A stretch of DNA of 63,371 nucleotides, counting the filler. It is 5 parts of 5 records of this genome, joined end to end, with 100 filler letters (N's around TTAATTAATTAA, not from the genome) between each part and the next. Parts side by side here need not be neighbours in the genome. Positions count along the whole stretch, not along the records: positions 20,757 to 32,359 come from DRR723986_9667; positions 32,460 to 44,080 come from DRR723986_9670; 3 more parts are not named here. One strand, 5' to 3'. Position numbers and translations under genes: made by a program. Positions 30,609 to 40,111 of this stretch are shown here, in pieces; within the stretch, counting starts at the first letter, position 1, and each line of letters starts with the position of its first letter. The notes below the pieces were generated by a model that was not told where the DNA came from, ran no database searches, and saw only the letters and a program-made list of their open reading frames with translations.

Positions 30609-30857
30609 ATGTTAATGATGATTGATAGCCCCTTTTACTGCGTGGTGGATTTGGTCATGAGCGAGGGGCAACCCAGCCTTGGCATTGAAATCGTGGACAA
30701 GAACAATCAGCGCGAACTGTTTTTGCAGGGCGACGCGGCTGAAAAATTCCGCGAAGAGGTGAAATACCTTGCCGCCCAAGAACCCGATATCGACGACATC
30801 GAAGCTTTTATTGAAAGCTACAAACCCTGGATGCAACACCCGGTTACGTTGCACTGA
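30609..30857 (+). CDS. DUF3567 (BTH_I0359-like) protein
   Basis: GIEIVDK..RELFL.G..AE.FR..V and C-terminal PVTLH. SD GGAGG. Confidence 0.85.
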   Translation: MLMMIDSPFYCVVDLVMSEGQPSLGIEIVDKNNQRELFLQGDAAEKFREEVKYLAAQEPDIDDIEAFIESYKPWMQHPVTLH

Positions 30858-30913
30858 ACGTGTCTTGAAAATGCCTCTGCTGTTCTGGCAGAGGCCACCT
30901 TCTCAATCCCAAT

Positions 30914-32200
30914 TCAAGCGAATCTTGGTTTGGCGTGAGTTTCGCGGCTCAACATCAAACTGACAATTGACGAGCCCACCCACACAGCAAGTACCAGCAT
31001 GCACACAGTCATGCCAGCTTTTGAATAAGCACCGGTGATGTTTTCCACGGCTGCATAGTGGTCAAGAATCGCACCCAGTACAGGCTGCTGCACCAGTGGG
31101 CCGACCATGACACCCAGGTTCACAATGCCCACTGCGGTAGCACCCAAATGGTGGGGCACCGACTCCTTCACGTAACCGAAGCTCAGCACCATGGAGCCAC
31201 CCCCAAAGGCCGTGATCCACAACAAAACCGACACCAGTGAAATCGGAAGTTCAGGTTGAATACCCAAAATGATGAAGCCACTGATCGACAAAACCGCGCC
31301 TATAAAATAGGGCAGTTTGCGCTGCTTGAGCTTGTCGGAAAGCGCACCAAAAAACAGGCTGCCAGCGGCAAAGGCGATCAGCATGCCGGTGATAATCAGT
31401 GAGGCCTCTTTCACGCTGAGCCCATGCCAGGTGGTGAGGTAGGGCACACCCCACAGGCCGGTGAACGTTAGAATTGCACCGCAAACACCACTGGGAATCC
31501 AGAAAATCAACCACACCGCAGGAAAGCGAAGTGTGTGGCCCAAAGCGGTAAGCAATGGCAAGGTGACTTCATTGGCGGGGCGTTTGGCCACGTGGTTTTT
31601 GTAGCCGCGCTGCGAGGGCATGTCGCGAACATAAATCCAGATCAGCAGGCCCAGTGCCACGGCAATCATTCCACTGGCGCCCATGACCATGCGCCAGCCA
31701 AACAAATCGGAAAGTGCACGCAAGGGCACGCCTGCCAGTACGGCACCCATGGTGCCCACGGCCAGGCTGACACCGGACATGCTGGCGAAACGCGCCGGCG
31801 AAAACCACTGGGCCACCAACATCAGCATGGACACCCAGGCCACTGCAACCGAGCCACCCACCAAGCCGCGACCCACTGCCGCCCAACCCAGGGTGGGTGC
31901 AAAGCCGAACATGAGAGCACCCATACCGCCGAGCATACAGCCCGCAGTCAGAATTTTGCGCGGACCAATTCGATCGACCAACAGCCCCACAGGTATTTGC
32001 ATGGCTGCGTAAAAGTAGAAGTAAAACGCAGAGAGGTTGCCTAGTGCTGCGCGGCTGAGGTCGAACGTGGTGCTGAGTTCCTCGGTGAGTACGCCAGGTG
32101 TAACGCGCTGAAAGAAACCGAACAGGTAAAACGCGGCTGCCAGGCCCCAGATGATGAACGACATCCGCAGGGGGGGCGGGGAAAGGTGATTGGGCGACAT
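30914..32200 (-). CDS. MFS transporter
   Basis: About 12 TM segments with MFS motifs GLLVDRIGPRK and GALSDKLKQRK. Start placed at ATG 32200. Confidence 0.92.
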   Translation of the reverse strand: MSPNHLSPPPLRMSFIIWGLAAAFYLFGFFQRVTPGVLTEELSTTFDLSRAALGNLSAFYFYFYAAMQIPVGLLVDRIGPRKILTAGCMLGGMGALMFGFAPTLGWAAVGRGLVGGSVAVAWVSMLMLVAQWFSPARFASMSGVSLAVGTMGAVLAGVPLRALSDLFGWRMVMGASGMIAVALGLLIWIYVRDMPSQRGYKNHVAKRPANEVTLPLLTALGHTLRFPAVWLIFWIPSGVCGAILTFTGLWGVPYLTTWHGLSVKEASLIITGMLIAFAAGSLFFGALSDKLKQRKLPYFIGAVLSISGFIILGIQPELPISLVSVLLWITAFGGGSMVLSFGYVKESVPHHLGATAVGIVNLGVMVGPLVQQPVLGAILDHYAAVENITGAYSKAGMTVCMLVLAVWVGSSIVSLMLSRETHAKPRFA

Positions 32201-32359
32201 GGTGTTGTTCTTGTGGTGACTGCAGGCAGTGTCGCATGTGGGCGCGCTTGTGCCACTTGGGTGTAACCCGAGTGGTCTCTTGCTCAACTCGGCGTGGGTT
32301 CCTTGTGTCGCACAGGGCTGGTGATTGGGGAGCTGAACTTGAAGGGTCACCGCTGCCCG

Positions 32360-32459
32360 NNNNNNNNNNNNNNNNNNNNNNNNNNNNNNNNNNNNNNNNN
32401 NNNTTAATTAATTAANNNNNNNNNNNNNNNNNNNNNNNNNNNNNNNNNNNNNNNNNNNN
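32360..32459. other. Artificial contig-joining spacer
   Basis: 44 N + TTAATTAATTAA + 44 N. Confidence 0.99.
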
Positions 32460-33472
32460 CCGTAATATGCGGGCCAGCTGGCGCCGTAACCGGGGTAGAA
32501 AGCGTCATAAACATCGCGGGTAAAATATTCGAATCCGAATTTATCGAACCATTTTGCGTTGGTTTTACCGAATAAGAAAAGCGAATCACGTTGGTTTTTG
32601 GCTAAATGCGGATTAAAGGGGATGGCTTCGGGCGCAAAATAATATGTCGAGTTGCCGCCCATTTCGTGCAGATCAACATAAACCAGAGGATACCATTCCT
32701 GCAGGGCCTTCACATGGCCTTGGGTTTCAGGCTGGGTTAGGGAGATATAATCCCGGTTCATATCGAACAAATAATGGTTGGTACGCCCAGAAGGCCAAGG
32801 TTCATTGTGCTCTGCTGAGGCGGGGTCACTATCTGCTTCCAAGCCTTTTGCTGTGCGGAAGCGGTGAATAAAGCGGTCTCGGCCATCCGGGTTTTGCAGT
32901 GGATTAATAAAAACAATGCTTTGATCAAGAATATCAGGGACACGATCATCACCGCGCGCCGCAAGTAGGTGATAAGCTGTCATCATTGCGGCATCGGTAG
33001 ATGAAATTTCATTGCCGTGAATACTGTAGGCAAGCCACGTAGATGAGGGCATGTCATTGATTAGCTGCGCGGCGTCTGCATCTGAAGTAACGCGTGGGTC
33101 ACTAAGGGCTTTCATGCCTGCTTTAAAGGTGTCGAGGCGCGCGATATTGGCTTCACTTGAGATCGCGATATAGATCAAATCCCGGCCTTCCCAGGACTGG
33201 CCGTATTTCATGATGCGCATTTTACCGGGTGCTTTTGCGGCCAACGCTTCCATGTAACGGCGCATGTCACCGTGTGTGGTGATACGCTGTCCTGAACTAT
33301 AGCCCAGCACATCCTTTACGGTTGGAATTTCGGGGTTGTAGTTTGCGCCGGGCCAAAAATATTCGTTTTCCGGATTGCTAGAAATGCTCGCGCTTTGTGC
33401 AAATGAAACCACGCTTGCAGCGGCAAGTGCAAACGAAAGCATTAGTGCGGATACTGTGCGGATAATAGACAT
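32460..33472 (-). CDS. M14 family zinc carboxypeptidase, secreted, 3'-truncated
   Basis: Signal peptide. YSIHGNE, QNPDGR, DMNRD, DLHEMG. Confidence 0.92.
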
Positions 33473-33747
33473 GGACCCCTCCCAAATAAGGTGCAGCAGA
33501 TAAAATGCAGGACTTAGTTCAATAAAGTTAAATCACGCGCTTGAAAACCCCAGAAGAATAACTTATCCGTGCGCCTTAAATAAAGCCGATGCTGGGGTTC
33601 AAAAAAATGCTGTTAGTTTCGCTTGATTTTTAAAAGTCATGCCCTTATGGTGCGCGCCTTGATTTGAGGTGTTCACTAGTTGGTGGGCACCGTTATTTTG
33701 CCCGGCGGCCATTATTGCAGGCACCGGCGAGTGATAAGGTAAGTAAA

Positions 33748-33933
33748 ATGGCAGTTCCAAAGAGTAAGATATCCCCGTCTCGCCGTGGTATGCGTCGTTC
33801 GCATGATGCGCTGAAAGCTGTAAACTATCAGGAAGACACACACACTGGTGAGTTCAAGCTGCGTCATCACATAGACCTGAAAACAGGCATGTATCGCGGT
33901 AAACAGATTATTGAGCCAAAAGGCGACTACTAA
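33748..33933 (+). CDS. rpmF: 50S ribosomal protein L32 (cysteine-free form)
   Basis: [30 protein letters not shown]. Start ATG 33748. Confidence 0.97.
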   Translation: MAVPKSKISPSRRGMRRSHDALKAVNYQEDTHTGEFKLRHHIDLKTGMYRGKQIIEPKGDY

Positions 33934-34049
33934 GCCTTAACGCTTAATAGTTTATAAATTTAAAGGCGTTTCCCTTGGAAGCGCCTTTTTTATTGCGCAA
34001 TTTACCGCTATCTTCAAATAACACTCAAACTATGGATACGGAGAGACTG

Positions 34050-34820
34050 ATGATAAAGAATACCTTAAGTGTTCTGGCGTTATTGATTTTGACGGCGTGT
34101 ATGGCCGAAAATTCGGTTACAGGTCGTTCACAATTTATCATCATTCCACCCAGTCAAGATTCGGCGCTAGGGCTGGAGGCGCTGAATGAAGTTAAGAAAA
34201 CTGCTCCTGTTGTTACCACAGGCCGTATGGCTGATCGTGTGCAGCGCATCGGCCGTAGGATTGCCGCCATATCAGACAAGCCTGACATGGACTGGGAATT
34301 TATCGTTATCGATGAACCAATACTAAACGCTTGGGCATTGCCGGGTGGTAAAGTGGCAGTATACCGTAAAATGCTTGATAACTTGAACGACCAGCAACTG
34401 GCTGCTGTTTTAGGGCATGAGGTTGCACACGCTGTACTCAGACACGGCGCAGAGCAAATGAGCCGCGCACAGGCGCAAAATATGGCGATCATCGGCCTTG
34501 GTGTTTTAGTAAGCAGCCAGACAGAAGACCAGCAAACTGCTCAAATGGCAATCGGGCTAGGTGCCTTGGCCGCGCAAGGTTTTGTGTCACTTCCCCACAG
34601 CCGCAAAATGGAGCTGGAAGCAGACCATATTGGTACCATTTACATGGCAAAAGCCGGTTATGATCCGCGCAATGCGGTGACACTTTGGCAAAAAATGGCA
34701 AGCCTTAAAGAAGGCGGTGGTGGCCAGCCGACATTTCTGTCGACCCATCCAGCAGACGATAAGCGTATTGGCAGGCTTTCGGCGCGAATGGACGAATATC
34801 TGGAGTACTATCGAAAGTAA
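34050..34820 (+). CDS. M48 family metallopeptidase lipoprotein
   Basis: Lipobox LTAC, NAWALPGGK, HEVAH, SRKMELEAD, FLSTHP. Confidence 0.93.
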   Translation: MIKNTLSVLALLILTACMAENSVTGRSQFIIIPPSQDSALGLEALNEVKKTAPVVTTGRMADRVQRIGRRIAAISDKPDMDWEFIVIDEPILNAWALPGGKVAVYRKMLDNLNDQQLAAVLGHEVAHAVLRHGAEQMSRAQAQNMAIIGLGVLVSSQTEDQQTAQMAIGLGALAAQGFVSLPHSRKMELEADHIGTIYMAKAGYDPRNAVTLWQKMASLKEGGGGQPTFLSTHPADDKRIGRLSARMDEYLEYYRK

Positions 34821-34827
34821 GGGCTAT

Positions 34828-35670
34828 TTAACTGCCATAGTCCAGTCCAATATCAACTGCGTGCGCCGACTGGGTGAGCCTGCCGACAGATATATAATCA
34901 ACGCCGGTTTCCGCAATTGCGCGAATGCTATTGAGCGTAACACCGCCAGACGCCTCGCAAGGTATTCGGCCCGCAACAATTTTCAGGGCTTTACGTAAAA
35001 CATCAGGCGGCATGTTATCGAGCAGCAAGCTTGTGGCGCCAGCTTCAACCGCCTCGGCAACTTGTTCTAGCGTGTCGCACTCAACTTGAACTTTTTGGTG
35101 GCCTGCAGATACAGCGCTTGTAACCGCATTTGCGACAGACCCAGCAACAGCAATATGGTTATCTTTGATCATGACAGCATCAAAAAGCCCCATACGGTGA
35201 TTATGCGCCCCGCCGCACGCTGCTGCATATTTGCCAAGCACTCTCAGGCCCGGAATGGTTTTGCGTGTATCAAGTAATTTGGCGTTTGTGCCTTCTATTG
35301 CCGTCGCATAGCGCTGCGTTAGAGTTGCAATACCGGAAAGATGCTGCAGTATATTCAGTGCCGTACGCTCCGCCGACAAAAGCGCCTGCGCCGCGCCCGA
35401 TATTATGGCAATTTTATCGTCCGCGGCTAAATGGTCGCCGTCTTGTGCGTAAAAGATGACCTGCGCATTTGAATCCAACCTGCGGAAAATTGGTTCTATG
35501 AGTGGCAAGCCGGATAGAACCATTGCTTCCCGCGCATTCATTGCCGCAGTCAGCTTTGCATTTGGCGGGATAACAGAGTTGGCAGTGATATCGCCAAATC
35601 CAATGTCCTCAGCAAATGCGCTATCAATGAAAGCATCTATTTCGGCATTATTAAGGGGAAAATCCGTCAC
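34828..35670 (-). CDS. nadC: Quinolinate phosphoribosyltransferase
   Basis: ED.G.GDIT, DTRKTIPG, MIKDNH, LLLDN, EASGG. Confidence 0.97.
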   Translation of the reverse strand: MTDFPLNNAEIDAFIDSAFAEDIGFGDITANSVIPPNAKLTAAMNAREAMVLSGLPLIEPIFRRLDSNAQVIFYAQDGDHLAADDKIAIISGAAQALLSAERTALNILQHLSGIATLTQRYATAIEGTNAKLLDTRKTIPGLRVLGKYAAACGGAHNHRMGLFDAVMIKDNHIAVAGSVANAVTSAVSAGHQKVQVECDTLEQVAEAVEAGATSLLLDNMPPDVLRKALKIVAGRIPCEASGGVTLNSIRAIAETGVDYISVGRLTQSAHAVDIGLDYGS

Positions 35671-35688
35671 TGCTGTATGCCTGAACAG

Positions 35689-36684
35689 TTAAGCAATTTC
35701 TGACACGTCTTTTGACGGGCCTGCAGTTGGACTCATTTCCAGCATTTTCCGGAGCGGCTTTTCTGCCGCAACGCGGGTTGCTTCGTCCAAATCGATCTCT
35801 GGGCCCAAGTCCCGAAGGCACATGAACAGTTTTTGCATAGTGTTCAGCGCCATATACGGGCAGGTGTTGCAGCCACAGTTGCCGTCTGCGCCGGGTGCAC
35901 CAATGAATGTTTTGTGCGGTGCAGCTTTTTCCATTTGGTGAATAATGCCAGGCTCGGTAGCAATAATCAGGGTGTCTGCTTCGCTTTCAAGGGCATATTT
36001 TAAAATTGAGCTTGTCGAACCAGCATGATCTGCATGCTGGATAATGGCATCAGGGCATTCCGGGTGCGCCAGCACAGGCGCATCAGGGTTTTTTGCCTTC
36101 AGCTTTATCAATTCTTTTTCGCTGAACAGCTCATGCACAATACATGTGCCTTGCCACAAAAGCATGTCGCGGTTCAATTTGCGGGAAAGATAGCCACCCA
36201 AATGCCGGTCCGGTGCGAAGATAATCTTTTGGTCTTCCGGAATTTGGCGCACAATATGCTCAGCGTTAGAACTGGTGACAATTATATCGGTTAAAGCTTT
36301 AACGGCAGCGGAGCAGTTAATGTAACTAAGCACCATATGGTCAGGGTGCGCCTTGACAAATTTTTCAAATTCTTCGGGAGGACAACTGTCCTCTAAGCTG
36401 CAACCAGCAGCCAGGTCAGGGAGTACTACGGTTTTTTCTGGGCTTAGAATTTTGGCCACTTCCGCCATGAAGCGCACACCGCAAAAAACGATGACATCGG
36501 CATCGGTTTCAGCCGCCTTGCGGGAAAGGTCCAGGCTATCGCCAACAAAGTCAGCAATGTCCTGAATTTCAGGCGCTTGATAATAATGCGCCAAAATGAC
36601 AGCATTTTTCTCTTCGCGCAGGCGCTTGATTTCAGCAACAAGGTCGAGCGTTGGGTCAACCGTTGATTTGGACATCAAATTCAT
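35689..36684 (-). CDS. nadA: Quinolinate synthase
   Basis: [34 protein letters not shown]. Confidence 0.97.
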   Translation of the reverse strand: MNLMSKSTVDPTLDLVAEIKRLREEKNAVILAHYYQAPEIQDIADFVGDSLDLSRKAAETDADVIVFCGVRFMAEVAKILSPEKTVVLPDLAAGCSLEDSCPPEEFEKFVKAHPDHMVLSYINCSAAVKALTDIIVTSSNAEHIVRQIPEDQKIIFAPDRHLGGYLSRKLNRDMLLWQGTCIVHELFSEKELIKLKAKNPDAPVLAHPECPDAIIQHADHAGSTSSILKYALESEADTLIIATEPGIIHQMEKAAPHKTFIGAPGADGNCGCNTCPYMALNTMQKLFMCLRDLGPEIDLDEATRVAAEKPLRKMLEMSPTAGPSKDVSEIA

Positions 36685-36816
36685 AAAACTCTCCGAAGCA
36701 CTCCAATTAGGAGCTTTTTAGAGCCCGCTTCCGGGGATACAAAGTTTAGTGCGGCATATTTACAGGGACGAACGCTGAAGTGCAATCAAGGATTTTTTGC
36801 AGGCACATGACGAAAA

Positions 36817-37734
36817 CTAAGCCGCCTTATAGCGCGCATTAAGGGTGGTATCTCCATCACAGTTTACTCTGCCATCGTCGGTCATGGCTATTAAATGCGC
36901 CAAAACTGACCGTGCAGCTGCCGGATGTAGCCGTTTGTCGACACTCTTATACATATGCGAAACCAACTCCTCTATGGTTTCACTGCCACCTTTGAGGTGA
37001 TCTAAAATTTGGCCTTCACGCATTTTCCTGTGCGTGATTATGCCGCGGATGAAAGAGTTAGGCTTATCAACCCAAGGGCCGTGTGTTGGCGCAAGCATAG
37101 TTGGTTCAAGCGCCGCTACTTTTTTCAGGCTTTCAATATAATCTTTCATATCACCGTCTGGCGGCGAAATAACAGTTGTTGCCCATCCCATAATATGGTC
37201 GCCGACAAATAGCGTGTTTTCTTCTTTCAGTAAAAAACACAGGTGATTGGCGGTATGGCCAGGTGTGTGAATGGTCTTAATGGTCCAACCATCTCCTGAA
37301 AGCGTGTCGCCGTCGCGCAGTATTTTATCTGGTGCAAATAGCTTGTCTGCGCCCGCTTCAACTTCTTCCTCGACAAGCCCGCCCCGCCGTCCTGTACCGT
37401 GGGCCCCATATCCATACACGGTCGCACCGGTTTTGTCCTTCAACCAACCAGAAAGCGGCGAGTGGTCTTGGTGGGTGTGAGTAACCAAAATGAATTTGAG
37501 GCATTTGCCGTCAAGGGCTTTCAGCAGTGCTTCCCCGTGGCGTGGCATGTCTGGGCCAGGGTCTATAAGGGCGGCATCGGTCCCGTTACCAATAATATAG
37601 GTGCCGGTACCGGTGTAGGTATAGGGACTGGGGTTTTCGCAAAGCACACGCGTTACCAGTGCAGACATTTTTTCTGCCGTCCGATAGTTTGCTGTGAAGT
37701 CTTGTTGAAACTTTGGGTTTTCTTCGGAAGCCAC
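36817..37734 (-). CDS. MBL-fold metallo-hydrolase (LACTB2-like, C-terminal winged helix)
   Basis: NPSPYT..GT, THTHQDH, HTPGHT.NH, GDHIMGW, PTHGP. Confidence 0.93.
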   Translation of the reverse strand: MASEENPKFQQDFTANYRTAEKMSALVTRVLCENPSPYTYTGTGTYIIGNGTDAALIDPGPDMPRHGEALLKALDGKCLKFILVTHTHQDHSPLSGWLKDKTGATVYGYGAHGTGRRGGLVEEEVEAGADKLFAPDKILRDGDTLSGDGWTIKTIHTPGHTANHLCFLLKEENTLFVGDHIMGWATTVISPPDGDMKDYIESLKKVAALEPTMLAPTHGPWVDKPNSFIRGIITHRKMREGQILDHLKGGSETIEELVSHMYKSVDKRLHPAAARSVLAHLIAMTDDGRVNCDGDTTLNARYKAA

Positions 37735-37787
37735 CGGTCACCTTTTTGTTGTTGCGTTCTTAACATGGTAGCAAAATTTGGGAATGC

Positions 37788-37847
37788 AAAAAGAAAAACC
37801 GGCGTTGCCTCGGTGGAATGGGAAAGAGGGCAACGCCGGTTTTTTTT
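37788..37847. terminator. Bidirectional intrinsic terminator with large loop
   Basis: AAAAACCGGCGTTGCC..GGCAACGCCGGTTTTT inverted repeat with A/T runs on both sides. Confidence 0.85.
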
Positions 37848-37943
37848 ATGGTGAATATGGTCCACTTGGCAGCAGGATCATATTATTTCAGGTGGTTTCG
37901 GGTTTTGGTGGCAGCCAGAGGTCCCAAAGCATTGCACCTTGTG
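37788..37943 (-). ncRNA. Candidate sigma54-dependent small RNA (~155 nt)
   Basis: Bounded by a -24/-12 promoter and a long intrinsic terminator. Three stem-loops, two of them carrying GCUGCCA. No substantial ORF. Confidence 0.6.
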
Positions 37944-37954
37944 CTATCTCTATC

Positions 37955-37970
37955 GCAACAGGCATGCCAA
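37955..37970 (-). promoter_or_regulatory. Sigma54 (RpoN) -24/-12 promoter
   Basis: Minus strand TTGGCATGCCTGTTGC gives GG-N10-GC, one mismatch to TGGCAC-N5-TTGC. Confidence 0.75.
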
Positions 37971-37986
37971 TTAATATAGTATTTAA

Positions 37987-37999
37987 AAACAATAACTTA
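37987..37999. promoter_or_regulatory. IHF binding site
   Basis: AAACAATAACTTA vs consensus WATCAANNNNTTR (1 mismatch), in AT-rich DNA about 45-55 bp upstream of the predicted sigma54 start. Confidence 0.6.
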
Positions 38000-38065
38000 A
38001 AAATTTTATCTGCTCAATTGTCCCAAAAAAACACAGGCATTGTTATGGAAAACCTTCATTGCGTA

Positions 38066-38878
38066 TCATTGCGGGACAGGTGGTAAAAAACCAAGCTTTT
38101 GCAATATGGTCATGGCAGTTTCGCTTAAAAGCCATTGTTGAAAGCTCCTGGCCGCTACATTTGCTTCGCTAGGGTCTTTGCGCGGAATCATGGCGATATA
38201 GTCAATTGATGGATAACTGGAAACTGGCAGTTGCATTACCTCGCAGGCGAGGGCGCTTTTATGGGCATCAGTGGCATAAACGAACCCCGGCAAGCCGCCG
38301 CGTTCGGTCAATAATAGGGCAAGTCGGACATTGCCAGCGTATGCGGCGTTTTTTGCGGCATCGCTCCAAATTGATAGGTGTTCAAGTGCTTGTTTTGTGT
38401 AGTCACCTGCTGGCGAAACGCGCGGGTCTGCCATTGCAAACCGCCTTGATGCAAGAAGATGTTTGAGCGCATCAGGTGTTTTCAGGTCTGGTAAGGTCAC
38501 CATTTGGCTGCAGGGCCAAACCATACTAATATGATTTGTTGCGATAATGACATTATCACCATCTGCGAATCCAATATTTGTTAGATGTGTAATCCATTTG
38601 CGGTTAGCCGATATAAACAAGTCAGCTTGAGCACCGGCCTCAATTTGTCGGGCAATGACACCGCTGGCACCGAGGGAAATTCGTGTTTGGACGCTGCCGG
38701 GTTGTGCCTGCCATGCTTCGGTCAGAAGTTGCAAAGAATCAGCCAGGCTCGCAGCAGCGAAGATAGTAATCGGGTCTTGAGGCTTAGAGTTTTTTTGCTC
38801 TGACGCATTGCCCATCTGAGAGCACAAGCATACGGCGGCGGCGAGCAGTATATTTTTAACAGCTACCCTAATAGGCAC
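38066..38878 (-). CDS. modA: Molybdate ABC transporter substrate-binding protein
   Basis: ITIFAAASL, GASGVIARQIEAGAQADLFISAN, PAGDY, FVYATDA. Start uncertain, GTG 38878 overlapping the ispB stop was chosen. Confidence 0.85.
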   Translation of the reverse strand: MPIRVAVKNILLAAAVCLCSQMGNASEQKNSKPQDPITIFAAASLADSLQLLTEAWQAQPGSVQTRISLGASGVIARQIEAGAQADLFISANRKWITHLTNIGFADGDNVIIATNHISMVWPCSQMVTLPDLKTPDALKHLLASRRFAMADPRVSPAGDYTKQALEHLSIWSDAAKNAAYAGNVRLALLLTERGGLPGFVYATDAHKSALACEVMQLPVSSYPSIDYIAMIPRKDPSEANVAARSFQQWLLSETAMTILQKLGFLPPVPQ

Positions 38879-39911
38879 GGTCGATGCAGAAATCAACAAC
38901 ATCAAGCATGGCAGTTTTTGCACTATTATCGTCAAAAATTGCCAACGCATCTTTTGCCATTTCTCCATAGTGGCGCGCTCTGTCCACTGTTGCCGAAAGG
39001 GTACCATACTTTTGCAGTGTCGCTAGTGCAGTGGGCAGATCATCTTCTGTTTGCCGCACTGCTTGCATTGTCCTTTTCCAGAACTCCCGCTCTTCCTCGG
39101 TGCCGCGCCTGTAGGCAAGGATAACAGGAAGGGTAATTTTGCCTTCCCGGAAGTCATCTCCGGTATTTTTCCCCATAGTCGCGCGTTTGGACGAATAATC
39201 CATCGCATCGTCTATAAGCTGGAAAGCAATACCAAGATTGCGGCCGTATGCTTCCAGCGCTGAAATTACATCTTCGTTGCGATCTGCCACCACACCTGCA
39301 ACTTCGCAAGCAGCAGCAAAAAGAACTGCAGTTTTCGCAGTGATAACTTCCAAATATTTTTCTTCGGTGGTCGAAAGGTCATTGGCAGTTGTCAGCTGTA
39401 ACACTTCGCCTTCTGTAATAACTGAAGAAGCTGATGATAATATTTTAAGAACACGAAGGCTGTCGCTTTTCACCATCAATTCAAATGCTCGGCTGAACAG
39501 AAAGTCTCCCACGAGAACCGTTGGCTGGTTGCCATAAATGAGGTTGGCGGTTTTTTTGCCGCGGCGCAGAGTGCTTTCGTCCACCACATCGTCGTGCAAC
39601 AGGGTTGCTGTATGAATAAATTCAACGGCCGTGGCCAAGCCGATGTGTCGCGTGCCGTCGTATCCAATCAATTTGGCAGAGGCGAGCGTTAACATGGGCC
39701 GCAAACGTTTGCCACCTGAAGAGATAAGATGGCCTGCCAAGTCAGGAATCAGTGATACGGGGCTTTGCATGCGCGAAAGAATGGTTTCGTTCACCAACGC
39801 CATATCAGCATCTGTCAGCTTTTGCAGTTGATCAATTGCTGTTTGTTCGTCGGTGCTCGAAGTTCTACCGTGAATTGAAACCACATTATCGGGCCGATTA
39901 ATGTCGGACAT
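38868..39911 (-). CDS. ispB: Polyprenyl (octa/decaprenyl) diphosphate synthase
   Basis: GGKRLRP, LLHDDVVD..RRG, FQLIDD, GDDFREGK. Confidence 0.94.
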   Translation of the reverse strand: MSDINRPDNVVSIHGRTSSTDEQTAIDQLQKLTDADMALVNETILSRMQSPVSLIPDLAGHLISSGGKRLRPMLTLASAKLIGYDGTRHIGLATAVEFIHTATLLHDDVVDESTLRRGKKTANLIYGNQPTVLVGDFLFSRAFELMVKSDSLRVLKILSSASSVITEGEVLQLTTANDLSTTEEKYLEVITAKTAVLFAAACEVAGVVADRNEDVISALEAYGRNLGIAFQLIDDAMDYSSKRATMGKNTGDDFREGKITLPVILAYRRGTEEEREFWKRTMQAVRQTEDDLPTALATLQKYGTLSATVDRARHYGEMAKDALAIFDDNSAKTAMLDVVDFCIDRAY

Positions 39912-40111
39912 GGAATACCCCAAATAAATACTCTAAAATCATTCATTGTGCCGCCAGCATGAAAACCCAAGTAGCTGACTACAATAAGAGACTAGTAACG
40001 GACTGCGGTGAATTCAAGACTTCAGAGGCTTAGATATCGTGCCCGCGTCATTTGACCGCAATCGGATTTGTCGTACAATCACCTTGTATCAGCGGGAAAG
40101 CAACTAAACTT

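Noticed and set aside
32201-32350. 50-aa N-terminal extension of the MFS transporter
   Set aside because: No transporter-like features. The more plausible start is ATG 32200.
37778-38086. 102-aa plus-strand ORF across the sRNA locus
   Set aside because: It runs through a terminator and AT-rich promoter DNA and has no protein-like features.
38879-39007. Long N-terminal extension of modA overlapping ispB
   Set aside because: An artefact of taking the first start. The signal peptide begins near 38878.
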